From the NCBI GenBank assembly GCA_964005815.1, contig CAXFSR010000043.1:96001-160000 (forward strand): a stretch of DNA of 64,000 nt, in the 5' to 3' direction. This DNA is from an uncultured Nitrospinaceae bacterium (lineage in GTDB: Bacteria > UBA8248). Below are positions 29,636 to 39,351 of this stretch, piece by piece; within the stretch, counting starts at the first letter, position 1; every line of letters begins with the position of its first letter. The position numbers and the translations under genes were made by a program. Under the pieces are notes generated by a model. It was given only the letters and a program-made list of their open reading frames with translations, had not been told where the DNA came from and made no database searches.

Positions 29636-30106
29636 CTATTCCTTCTTATTCTTTAAGCGTCGTTCTTTTGCCTTTTGCATAAGACGCATATGGTCTTCTG
29701 GCATTACTTCTCCTTTTTCTTTCATCTCTTCGAATTTTGAAGGACATGCAACCATTAAATTCTGAGCAACTAAAGTCCCCTCGCCATTCATTTTTCCTTC
29801 AGCAATAACTGGGAATCCATTTTCAAGCAGATCTGGAGGAACCCCTTTGTATGTGACTGACAGAGCACTCTCTTCCCCAAGTATTTTAAAAAATATCTGC
29901 ATCGTCTCTATTTTTTTTTCTAGAGAACCTTCAAGAATTTTGCCTTGTACTCTTATGGAAGTTGAACCTGGCTTACGTTTCACTACCTCATCTACTGTTA
30001 GGAAGTAAACTAAATTTTCACTTTTGAATCCAGAAATGGCCAAAAACAAAAAAGAAGAAAAAATAACAAAACCAGCAATCAGAAATTTGATTTTATTAGC
30101 GGACAT
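29636..30106 (-). CDS. ccmE: Heme chaperone CcmE, cysteine variant (CPSKF)
   Basis: N-terminal TM, VYFLTVDE, YKGVPPD, AEG, LMVACPSKFE. Confidence 0.9.
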   Translation of the reverse strand: MSANKIKFLIAGFVIFSSFLFLAISGFKSENLVYFLTVDEVVKRKPGSTSIRVQGKILEGSLEKKIETMQIFFKILGEESALSVTYKGVPPDLLENGFPVIAEGKMNGEGTLVAQNLMVACPSKFEEMKEKGEVMPEDHMRLMQKAKERRLKNKKE

Positions 30107-30211
30107 CTAACACCTTTTAAGAACAAAAAACTCAATACAAAACAAATAATACGACTCATCTTGTATGACATCAAGACAGGAATCAAAAGATAGACAAATA
30201 AAAAATAAAAA

Positions 30212-30243
30212 AAGCCCAAGAAAGAAATTTCAATCTTGGGCTT
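30212..30243 (-). terminator. Intrinsic terminator after ilvC
   Basis: AAGCCCAAGA/TCTTGGGCTT inverted repeat followed by T runs on the minus strand. Confidence 0.75.
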
Positions 30244-30262
30244 AAGGATTTTAAAAATAATC

Positions 30263-31288
30263 TTACTTTACTTCACGATCTTCTATCCAGGGCATCATCC
30301 CTCTTAACCGTGCACCAACCACTTCAATTGGATGATCTTTTTCTTTCCTAACTACTGTATTAAAAGTAGGTCTTCCTACCATATTTTCATTAATCCATTC
30401 ACTAGCAAATTTGCCTGTTTGTATATCTTTGAGAATACCTCTCATTCTCTCTCTTGTAGAATCATCTATAACTTTTTTCCCACGTGTTATATCTCCATAT
30501 TCTGCTGTATCAGATACTGAATATCTCATCATAGTAATACCACCCTGATAAATAAGATCGGTAATTAATTTCACCTCATGGAGACATTCAAAATATGCAC
30601 ATGCCGGTTGATAACCAGCTTCAACAAGCGTCTCAAATGCAACTCTAATTAATTCAGAAATTCCGCCACAAAGAACAGCCTGTTCTCCAAATAAATCGGT
30701 TTCAGTTTCTTCTTCTATAGTTGTTTCAATAATTCCTGCCCTTGCACAACCAACGGCTTTACCATACGCAAGAGCATATTCTTTTGCTTTTCCTGTAGCA
30801 TCTTGAAAAACCGCAAGTAAACCAGGAACTCCACGTCCATCTTCATATTGAAAACGAAATGTATGACCAGGACTCTTAGGAGCAATCATAAAAACATCGA
30901 TATTCTCTGGTGGGATAATTTGCCCGTAATTTAAATTAAACCCGTGTGCCACGACTAAAGCTTGACCTTCTTCCATATTGGGCGCAATATCGTTATTCCA
31001 GATTTGCGGTTGGAGATGATCCTGTGTCAGAATGACGACTTGATCACCACTCTTAGCTGCTTCTGCAGTTTCTTGAACTTCCAAACCATCGTCCTCAGCT
31101 TGCTTCCACCTTGGAGAAGTTTTGCGAAGACCAACGATTACTTTCACTCCACTATCTTGTAAATTGAGTGCATGCGCTCGACCCTGACTTCCATAACCAA
31201 TAACAGAAACAGTCTTCCCTTGAAGTAAATTCAAGTCTGCATCAGCGTCATAATATATCTTTAAATCTTTTAGCAAATCATCATTCAT
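30263..31288 (-). CDS. ilvC: Ketol-acid reductoisomerase
   Basis: [46 protein letters not shown]. Confidence 0.97.
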   Translation of the reverse strand: MNDDLLKDLKIYYDADADLNLLQGKTVSVIGYGSQGRAHALNLQDSGVKVIVGLRKTSPRWKQAEDDGLEVQETAEAAKSGDQVVILTQDHLQPQIWNNDIAPNMEEGQALVVAHGFNLNYGQIIPPENIDVFMIAPKSPGHTFRFQYEDGRGVPGLLAVFQDATGKAKEYALAYGKAVGCARAGIIETTIEEETETDLFGEQAVLCGGISELIRVAFETLVEAGYQPACAYFECLHEVKLITDLIYQGGITMMRYSVSDTAEYGDITRGKKVIDDSTRERMRGILKDIQTGKFASEWINENMVGRPTFNTVVRKEKDHPIEVVGARLRGMMPWIEDREVK

Positions 31289-31449
31289 TTTTATATCTCC
31301 AGTTTTTTGTGAGAGATAGGAAGAACCAATACAGCCAGGCTGCTATCCATTAATTCTAATTTATTAAGAAAAAAACTCTGATAATCTAAGATTTATTGGT
31401 CGTATTAGTCAACATGCAAACTAAAAGGACTTCAAAAGAAAAAAAAAAC

Positions 31450-32859
31450 CTAAACCGAAGAAGTTATGACAGGCCTTCCAATCCCCTGAAAAATCCTTGT
31501 AACTTCATCTGTGATCCGAACTAGAGCATTATAAGTGTGTTCCGTTATAAACTGCCCTCTCTTCTCAAAATTCTTCAATTCTTCCTGTGAATCATGCGAA
31601 GCATCAAGACAAAAAGCTTTAACCTGAGAGGCAAACTCAAGAGATTCTGCATATGCGTACTTCGCCTGTTCAACTGAAGAAAAAGCAAAATCTTTTGCCT
31701 TTTCAAATATTTGTTTTTCTTCTGATTCCTTAAGATCAACCGTGATATCTTCTCTTTTTTCAAAAGAATCTGCTTTCATAAAAGCGTTTCTTGCATGTTC
31801 ATTAGCCCGTGATGCGGCACTAATCAGAGCATCAAAAGCTTCAGATATTGAAGACATTTGCTTTACTTCAACTGGTATCGTCGGGTCAGTCTGCGTACTC
31901 AATTGAGAAGTACTCTCCAACATAGCATCTTTTCTACGTTCATCGGCAATCTTGAGTGCTTCATCATCAACCATAATATCAATTCTTTTTGCAACTACCC
32001 TTTTACTTGGCGACACTACATCCCATGCAAGACCTAATTTTTCCATACATTTAATAACTACGTAAGAAATATCGAATTCGAACCACCTTTGACCATGAGC
32101 AGCTGAACGTTGATCCGCGTGATGATTGTTATGCCAACCTTCTCCAAATGAAATCAGTGCAACCCACCAGTTATTGGTACTGTCTTCATCAGTATTATAA
32201 TTTCTATATCCCCATAAATGTGTAGCAGAGTTTACAAGCCATGTCGCATGCCAGAGAAAAACGGTTCTAGCAAAAACTCCCCAAATCAACCACGACAATC
32301 CAATACCCGCATATAATTCTCCTGCTGCATAGATTATCAAAGCAGTGGCAATGTAAATCATATAAAAATTTTTATTTAGAAAACGCTGTACTGGATCCCT
32401 CGCTAAATCTTTCGCAAAACGAGAGTACTGTTTATAAGTATGCGCTCCAGGCATGTCATAAAACAACCATCCTGCGTGCGCCCATAGAAAATTTACCAAA
32501 GGAGAATGAGGATCAGGTTCTTCATCTGCTTCCTTATGATGAATCCTATGCATAGCAGTCCACTCTATAGGACCAGATTGCAAGGCCTGACAAGCACAAA
32601 AAGTTAAAAAATATTCCATCCATTTATAGGTTCGAAAACTTCTGTGAGTAAGTAATCTATGATAACAAATCGTAATACCGAACATCCCAGTTAAAACATA
32701 CATAAAAAATGCGACAGCAAGACCAGAATAGGTAAAGAGATCTTCCCTAAACGCAAGCAATGCAACCACGTGAATCATGCCAATCGCAACGATGGTTGTC
32801 CATTGGAGTTTTCTTTCATCTTTTTTATAAATTGCGAGTTTTCTAGATTCTACAGCCAA
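31450..32859 (-). CDS. Delta-9-type acyl-lipid/acyl-CoA desaturase with long C-terminal extension
   Basis: His boxes YHRLLTH, HRIHH and GEGWHNNHH; DPHSP. Confidence 0.92.
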   Translation of the reverse strand: MAVESRKLAIYKKDERKLQWTTIVAIGMIHVVALLAFREDLFTYSGLAVAFFMYVLTGMFGITICYHRLLTHRSFRTYKWMEYFLTFCACQALQSGPIEWTAMHRIHHKEADEEPDPHSPLVNFLWAHAGWLFYDMPGAHTYKQYSRFAKDLARDPVQRFLNKNFYMIYIATALIIYAAGELYAGIGLSWLIWGVFARTVFLWHATWLVNSATHLWGYRNYNTDEDSTNNWWVALISFGEGWHNNHHADQRSAAHGQRWFEFDISYVVIKCMEKLGLAWDVVSPSKRVVAKRIDIMVDDEALKIADERRKDAMLESTSQLSTQTDPTIPVEVKQMSSISEAFDALISAASRANEHARNAFMKADSFEKREDITVDLKESEEKQIFEKAKDFAFSSVEQAKYAYAESLEFASQVKAFCLDASHDSQEELKNFEKRGQFITEHTYNALVRITDEVTRIFQGIGRPVITSSV

Positions 32860-33077
32860 AACTTATCCCCTATTTAATTTTCGAAATATAAACAGAAACA
32901 AAGGCGGAAAATACATAACATTCATGGGAATAATGATCTAAAACAAATCATAAATCAAGGGTGAAAATTAAGTTAATAACTCAAGGCATCAACTTGCAAA
33001 CATCTATTTTGAAGTTTAAATTGAAAATATCTTTTTTTACTCCTAAATAGTTCCACTAATTTTCCAATGGAGAGAGC

Positions 33078-33962
33078 ATGGCATTTATAAAGAGTAACAA
33101 CGTTGACCTATATTACGAAGAAACAGGAAAAGGAACTCCCATCATTTTTGTTCACGAATTTGCTGGTGATTATAGGAGTTGGGAACAACAGGTTAAATTT
33201 TTCTCTAAAAACTATAAAACTATAACCTACAACGCACGCGGATTTCCTCCATCCGAAGTCCCAAAAAATGTTGAGAGTTATAGCCAAGACCTTGCATTAG
33301 AAGATCTTATAAACGTTATAAAAGAATTGTCGATAGGTCCTTGTCATGTAGTTGGTCTTTCTATGGGCGGATTTGCTGCTCTATACATTGGCATGAAATA
33401 CCCTGAACTAACTCGTTCAATTGTAGTTGCTGGATGTGGTTATGGTTCCGTTATAGAACAACAAGAAAATTTCAGAAAAGAAGCCTTAGAAGTTGCAAGA
33501 AGATTTCGGACAGAAGAAATGAATAATTTTGGTAAAGTTTATACTGCAGGACCGACGAGAGTACAATTAGAGAGAAAGAATCCTGCAGAATACAAGAAAT
33601 TTGTTACACATTTTCTAGAACATTCGTCTGAAGGCTGTGCTCTGACTATGGAAGGATTGCAGAGTGCTAGACCCTCCATATATGAATTTGAGAATGAACT
33701 CAGTAAAATGACCGTTCCAACAATGATATTAACTGGTGACGAAGATGAACCTTGTTTGGAACCAGGATTATTCTTAAAAAGAACAATTTCCACTTCTGCG
33801 TTAGTGACTTTTCCTAATGCAGGTCATCTTATTAACTTAGAAGAACCTGATATGTTCAATCTCATTGTTCAGGATTTCATCAATCAAGTTGACAAGGGAA
33901 TATGGCCAAAAAGAGACGAACGTTCTAAAAGCAACTCTGCTTTGCTTGGAGAAAATTCTTAG
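33078..33962 (+). CDS. Alpha/beta fold hydrolase
   Basis: FVHEFAG, GLSMGG, GDED, AGHLINLEEP. Confidence 0.92.
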   Translation: MAFIKSNNVDLYYEETGKGTPIIFVHEFAGDYRSWEQQVKFFSKNYKTITYNARGFPPSEVPKNVESYSQDLALEDLINVIKELSIGPCHVVGLSMGGFAALYIGMKYPELTRSIVVAGCGYGSVIEQQENFRKEALEVARRFRTEEMNNFGKVYTAGPTRVQLERKNPAEYKKFVTHFLEHSSEGCALTMEGLQSARPSIYEFENELSKMTVPTMILTGDEDEPCLEPGLFLKRTISTSALVTFPNAGHLINLEEPDMFNLIVQDFINQVDKGIWPKRDERSKSNSALLGENS

Positions 33963-33984
33963 GAGTAAATTAAAGGGGAAGAAA

Positions 33985-34749
33985 ATGAAGGAGAAAATAC
34001 TCGAAGGTAAATTAGCAATTATATCCGGAGCATCTTCGGGAATAGGTGCTGCTATCGCCAAAAGATTTAGCGATGAAGGTGCTTCTGTTTGGCTTGCAGG
34101 AGGAAGCAATAAAGAAAGCCTTATGAAAGTAATTACAGAATCAAAAAAACCCATTAATAAATGTGGGGGAGATAACTACGATCTTACAGATGGCAAAAGA
34201 GCTATACAGATGATTGAAGATGGTCTCAATTTCCTTGGAGGCATCGACATACTAGTTAATTGTGCTGCCATGAGATGCAAAAGCTCTTTCACTGAGTTTA
34301 CAAACCAGAATATTGACGATCTTTTCGAAGTCAATGCAAAATCTGTTTTTTATGCAACCAGAGAAGCCGCACGTACAATGGTCCCTCAAGGAAGCGGAAA
34401 AATTCTCATGATAGGCTCTATAGATGGAGAAAGAGGAATTGTAAAAAACGCTTTGTATAGCACAACAAAAGTTGCAATGCACAGTCTCACTAGAGCACTT
34501 GCTGTTGAATTAGGACCACATGGAATCCGAACTAACTGTATTATGCCTGGAACAACCGAGAGTGAACGAGTCAAAGGTATTCACGAAGCAGATCCTGAAT
34601 TTGCCGAAAGAAAATTAATTCTTATTCCAGCTAAAAGATTTGCTACACCAGAAGAAATGGCTTCCTTGTCTACATTTATAGTTTCCGACGAGAACGACTT
34701 CATGAATGGTTCTTGTATTGCTTCTGATGGTGGAACTCTAGCAATGTGA
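33985..34749 (+). CDS. SDR family oxidoreductase (paralogue of 9298-10062)
   Basis: SGASSGIG, YSTTK; start at MKEKILEGK. Confidence 0.92.
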   Translation: MKEKILEGKLAIISGASSGIGAAIAKRFSDEGASVWLAGGSNKESLMKVITESKKPINKCGGDNYDLTDGKRAIQMIEDGLNFLGGIDILVNCAAMRCKSSFTEFTNQNIDDLFEVNAKSVFYATREAARTMVPQGSGKILMIGSIDGERGIVKNALYSTTKVAMHSLTRALAVELGPHGIRTNCIMPGTTESERVKGIHEADPEFAERKLILIPAKRFATPEEMASLSTFIVSDENDFMNGSCIASDGGTLAM

Positions 34750-34798
34750 TTTTTGATTTAGTTAATGTAAAAGCTCACCTTCAGAATTTTCTCAATCA

Positions 34799-35866
34799 TC
34801 ACATCGCACGATGGTATTGTTTAGGAATATAAGATTTTTCTTTTTGACCTAGAGTTATAGCGGCACGGTATGGCCAATAAGGGTCTCGAAGAAATGCTCT
34901 GCCTAAGAAAACAACATCTGCCTGTCCGTTTCGGATTATTTGATCTGCTTGAAATGGTTCTGTGATCAATCCGACAGATGCTGTAGGAATAGCGACGCTC
35001 TTTCTAATAGTCTCTGAAAAAGGCACTTGATAACCAGGCCCAACAGGAATATCAGCTTTTGGCGTTGAACCTCCCCCACTACAATCTATTAGATCAACTC
35101 CAATTTCTTTAAGCACCGAAGATAACTTGACCGTATCTTCTAATGTCCACCCACCATCAACATAATCCGAACATGAAAGCCTAATACAAAGCGGTTTGTC
35201 TTGAGACCACTCTTCACGAACAATCTTTAAAGTGTCCACTGTAAATTTAATCCTATTCTCAAAGGGACCACCGTATTGATCTGTCCTCTTATTCGAAATC
35301 GGAGAATGAAAACTATGCATTAAATATCCGTGAGCACCATGTACTTCGAGCAAATCAAAACCCGACTTTTCTGCACGAATAGTTGCAGTTCTAAACGCCT
35401 CTTGTACTTGTTCAATATCAGCCGTATTCATTTCCCTTGGGATACGACCCTGCTCATGCATTGAAATAGCACTAGGCCCAATAGGTTCCCAACCACCTTC
35501 TTCGTCGGAAAGATAATGCCCACCCTCCCATGTGGTCGCACAACTTGCTTTTCTCCCTGCATGACCAATTTGAATTCCAGCAACAGCTCCTTGTTCTTTT
35601 ACGAAATCGGAAACTCTCGACAGAAAAGAGATATGTCCATCATTCCAAATACCTGTACATCCAGGAGTAATTCGCCCCCTAGACTCCACTCCTGTTGCCT
35701 CCACCATAACTAAACCAGCTCCACCTGCAGCTCTAGAACCTATATGAACTAAATGCCAATTATTCATCTTCCCATCTTCAGCAGAATATTGACACATAGG
35801 GGAAACACCAATTCTGTTTCTCAAAGTTACTTCCTTCAATTTCATTTCTTCAAATAAATGAGACAA
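34799..35866 (-). CDS. NADH:flavin oxidoreductase (old yellow enzyme, YqjM/NamA-like)
   Basis: SPMCQYS, HAGRKAS, HGAHGYL, GRAFLRDPYWP. Confidence 0.95.
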   Translation of the reverse strand: MSHLFEEMKLKEVTLRNRIGVSPMCQYSAEDGKMNNWHLVHIGSRAAGGAGLVMVEATGVESRGRITPGCTGIWNDGHISFLSRVSDFVKEQGAVAGIQIGHAGRKASCATTWEGGHYLSDEEGGWEPIGPSAISMHEQGRIPREMNTADIEQVQEAFRTATIRAEKSGFDLLEVHGAHGYLMHSFHSPISNKRTDQYGGPFENRIKFTVDTLKIVREEWSQDKPLCIRLSCSDYVDGGWTLEDTVKLSSVLKEIGVDLIDCSGGGSTPKADIPVGPGYQVPFSETIRKSVAIPTASVGLITEPFQADQIIRNGQADVVFLGRAFLRDPYWPYRAAITLGQKEKSYIPKQYHRAM

Positions 35867-35901
35867 ATCAGAATCCTCCTGACGTAAAAATCATCTAGAA
35901 A

Positions 35902-36690
35902 TTAAGGAGTTGATCTCCTCGCACCACCGTCCATATATATGGAACTGCCAAAAACATAACTACATTTCTCAGAAGCTAAAAAAGCAACTACGGGACCTAC
36001 TTCTTCCGGCTCACATATTCTTCCAGCAGGAAGAGAAGAACCTAGCTCTGACAAAATATCTTCCACATCTCTTCCTTCTTTTTTTGCACGAGGTTCGTAG
36101 ATATCACGTGCTCTTTGTGTATTTGTCATTCCTGGACAGACTGTATTAATCAAAATTCCTTCGCCAGCAACTGCATCGGAAATTGCTCTAGTCATATTTA
36201 AAATTGTAATATTCGCAAGACTTGTCGGTATATTCCCTCTTGTAGGACTAGTACCTGCTCCTCCTGCCACATTAATAATACGACCCCATTTTTTTTCTTT
36301 CATATACGGAATTACCATCTGTGCAAGCCTAAGATAACCATAGGACTTAAGTCCGAGAGCATCATCTATAAGAGAAACGTCCAAATCAAGGATATCGCCT
36401 CCCTTAGCCGCACCAGCACAATTTACTAAAACATCAATACTTCCAAATTTATCAATACAGGCATCTACTACACTTATGCATCCTTCATGTGTAGATAGAT
36501 CTGCAGAAACAAAATCTGCACTTCCACCCTCTTTCTTAATTTCTGCAACCGTTTTAGAAAGCAAATCTTCATTTCTAGCTGTAATCAGAACAGCACTTCC
36601 CTCTTTAGCAAGTTCAAACGCACATTCTCTACCTATGCCCCTACTAGCTCCAGTGACTATTGAAATTTTATCTTTTAAACCTAAGTCCAT
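35902..36690 (-). CDS. SDR family oxidoreductase (atypical, lacks YxxxK)
   Basis: TGASRGIG, NCAG; TSLAN at the expected YxxxK position. Confidence 0.9.
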   Translation of the reverse strand: MDLGLKDKISIVTGASRGIGRECAFELAKEGSAVLITARNEDLLSKTVAEIKKEGGSADFVSADLSTHEGCISVVDACIDKFGSIDVLVNCAGAAKGGDILDLDVSLIDDALGLKSYGYLRLAQMVIPYMKEKKWGRIINVAGGAGTSPTRGNIPTSLANITILNMTRAISDAVAGEGILINTVCPGMTNTQRARDIYEPRAKKEGRDVEDILSELGSSLPAGRICEPEEVGPVVAFLASEKCSYVFGSSIYMDGGARRSTP

Positions 36691-36710
36691 CTGTATTCTC
36701 CTAAAGGGAA

Positions 36711-37799
36711 TTATTCTAGTGCTACTTGGCAAGGATTAGTCGCTTTATATTCTTCTTTTTTATGAGTAATCTCCATGGCTTCAGGAAGTTTATCTATGCC
36801 TGAAACTTCATGAGTAACAAGAGACTTCAAATCAACCCTTCCCCCTGCAACCCAATCTGCTCCCAAACTAATAGTATCTCTGCCATGGCCCTCAGGAAAA
36901 ATCCAATTAATTCCCTGAGTCCTCATAAATACTGGATCTACATTTACACTCCCAACCAAACCCGCAACCTGAACAACCCTGCCTCCGATTCTAACCATCT
37001 CAAATGCTTGTTGTTTAGTCTCATGACCTGACAAACCTTGGTCAGGATTACCACCTGCGCATTCAAAAACAATATCTACACCCTTCCCCTTTGTTGCTTT
37101 GAGGACTTCAGACACAGCATCTTTTTCTCTTGCATTAATTACGAGATCAGCGGCAAATTTTTCGCTCAAACTTAATGCTTCTTCTTTAACATCGGTCACA
37201 AAAACTGAACCTGCACCACACATACGAGCAGCTTGAAGAATATAAATGCCCATAACTCCTTGACCTGTCACCGCTACACTATTTCCAACTGAAATTTTCG
37301 AATCACGTACTGCTGCTACAGCTGAGGAGAAAGGCTGAAGACATGCCACTGAAACATCATCTAAAACTTCGGGAACTTTAACTAATCCTTCTTCAGGAAG
37401 AGATATCATTTCAGCAAATGCACCCGGTGTGTTTATTCCAACATGCAACTTATCGATACACCAAGGATCTTTTCCCTCTTTACACCAGTCACAAACCCCA
37501 CAAGGAATATGTCCAGATGTACAAACTATATCCCCTGGGCTGAGAGTGGACACTCCATCTCCTACTTCAACGACTTCTGCACTCATCTCATGCCCGAGAA
37601 GTTGAACAGGTGCATGTTCCTCCAACTGTTTTTTTAAAAGTGCAGAATTAATTGTACCAATACCTAAGGCTCTTTGGACATCCGTAATACTTGGTTGAAC
37701 TCTCCTTATTTTACAGACAGCATACCCAGATTTTGCTTTTGGATCAGGTACCTCCTCTAATCGCATATCACCAAACGCGTGAAAAACCCATGCTTTCAT
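36711..37799 (-). CDS. Zn-binding MDR alcohol dehydrogenase family
   Basis: GHE, structural Zn CGVCDWC...C, GQGVMG. Confidence 0.9.
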   Translation of the reverse strand: MKAWVFHAFGDMRLEEVPDPKAKSGYAVCKIRRVQPSITDVQRALGIGTINSALLKKQLEEHAPVQLLGHEMSAEVVEVGDGVSTLSPGDIVCTSGHIPCGVCDWCKEGKDPWCIDKLHVGINTPGAFAEMISLPEEGLVKVPEVLDDVSVACLQPFSSAVAAVRDSKISVGNSVAVTGQGVMGIYILQAARMCGAGSVFVTDVKEEALSLSEKFAADLVINAREKDAVSEVLKATKGKGVDIVFECAGGNPDQGLSGHETKQQAFEMVRIGGRVVQVAGLVGSVNVDPVFMRTQGINWIFPEGHGRDTISLGADWVAGGRVDLKSLVTHEVSGIDKLPEAMEITHKKEEYKATNPCQVALE

Positions 37800-37895
37800 A
37801 GCTTGTGAATCCTCAAAATATGTTTAATATATAGAAACAAAAAAAAAGACTTTAACATTTTTCACATGCGAATTACACATTAGGAGAAAACAATA

Positions 37896-38951
37896 ATGCC
37901 TTCTAGTATTTTTGAATATAAAACATTGTTCGTATTTGTAGAGAGTGTCTTCACATCTCTAGGAGTATCCCGCTTAAACTCAAAAAAGTGTGCTGCACAA
38001 ACTTTAGATGCAGAACTTAGAGGTGTAACCTCTCACGGTTTCGTTCGTCTCAATTCCTTTGTAGAAAGATTAAAAAAGAAAACAGCTAATCCGAAGCCAA
38101 AAATTAAAAGCATTACAAATCTTCCATCTTATTCGCTTTTAGATGGAGATAATGGATTAAGTGCTATTGTAGGTGAGGAAACTATGAAAACAGCTATAAA
38201 AAAAGCGAAGAGTGCAGGCTTCGGAGCGGCCGCTGTAAGAAATTCATTACATACTGGACATATTGGATATTTCGCAGCCATGGCACTGAAAAAAAATATG
38301 ATCGGTATAGTCATTAGTGGTTCAGTGGGAAATTTGGCTCCTTGGGGAGGTTCTGAAAGAATGATTGGAAACAATCCAATTGCTTTTGCAATTCCTTCAA
38401 ATCAAAAGTTTCCCATTATTTTTGATATAGCTACTTCTAAAGTTGCAAGAGGTTACGTAATGTTAGCAGCTAAAACAGGAGAAGAAATACCTGATGGTTG
38501 GGCCTTAGACAAATCAGGAAAATCTACTACTAATCCAATTGAAGCTTTAAAGGGCACCATGGTTCCTCTCGGAGATCATAAAGGCTACGGTCTAGCATTA
38601 ATGTTTTCTTTTCTCACTGCAACATTATCAGGAAATACATTCGACGGAGATCAGCCAGACTGGCTTGAAACAGATAAAATTTGCTCTCTGCCAATGTTAT
38701 GCATTGCAATCGATCCTAAACAATGTCTTGGAAAAGAATATAAATCCAAGGTTGATACCATTGTAGAAAAAATAAAACAATCTAATCTAGCACCTGGTTA
38801 TGATGAGATCTTGATTCCTGGAGAAAATTCTAATAAAAAATACGAAAAAAACCTAAAAAAGGGGTTAAGACTAAACACGAAACTAGTTCAAGAGATGAAT
38901 AAACTTGCTAAGGAACTTGGAATAGAAAAATTGAATACTAACAATTCCTGA
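37896..38951 (+). CDS. Ldh_2 family oxidoreductase
   Basis: AELRGVTSHG, GNNPIA, FDIATS, HKGYGL, LIPGE. Confidence 0.93.
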   Translation: MPSSIFEYKTLFVFVESVFTSLGVSRLNSKKCAAQTLDAELRGVTSHGFVRLNSFVERLKKKTANPKPKIKSITNLPSYSLLDGDNGLSAIVGEETMKTAIKKAKSAGFGAAAVRNSLHTGHIGYFAAMALKKNMIGIVISGSVGNLAPWGGSERMIGNNPIAFAIPSNQKFPIIFDIATSKVARGYVMLAAKTGEEIPDGWALDKSGKSTTNPIEALKGTMVPLGDHKGYGLALMFSFLTATLSGNTFDGDQPDWLETDKICSLPMLCIAIDPKQCLGKEYKSKVDTIVEKIKQSNLAPGYDEILIPGENSNKKYEKNLKKGLRLNTKLVQEMNKLAKELGIEKLNTNNS

Positions 38952-39041
38952 TAGCATTGAAGGTTTCATGAATTTCCCTTAATATTACCGACTATATTTC
39001 AGATTAATTTTGAAACTATGAAAATATTTCAAGGAGATAAA

Positions 39042-39338
39042 ATGACAGTTACTGCAATGATTATTGAAAAAGGAGACCACGTCGCGACTTGTCTCTCTAA
39101 GGTAAAAAAAGGCGACAAGGTAAAACTTATGCATAATGGCAAGACTGGAAAAACTATCAAATCTAATTCCGCAATTCCATACATTCACAAGATTTGTATC
39201 TCCCCTATTACAAAAGGAGAACACTGCATGAAGTATGGGTTATCTATAGGTATAGCGACTAAAGATATTAAAATTGGCGATTATATTCACGTACATAATA
39301 TTGAGAGCGCCCGTGGTCGTGGCGATCTTGAAGTTTAA
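39042..39338 (+). CDS. UxaA-family SAF-domain small subunit (SuyA-like)
   Basis: DHVAT, HKICISPI, KYGLSIG.A..DI..GDYIHVHNI; RBS AAGGAG. Confidence 0.87.
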   Translation: MTVTAMIIEKGDHVATCLSKVKKGDKVKLMHNGKTGKTIKSNSAIPYIHKICISPITKGEHCMKYGLSIGIATKDIKIGDYIHVHNIESARGRGDLEV

Positions 39339-39351
39339 GTAGGAGGTAAAA

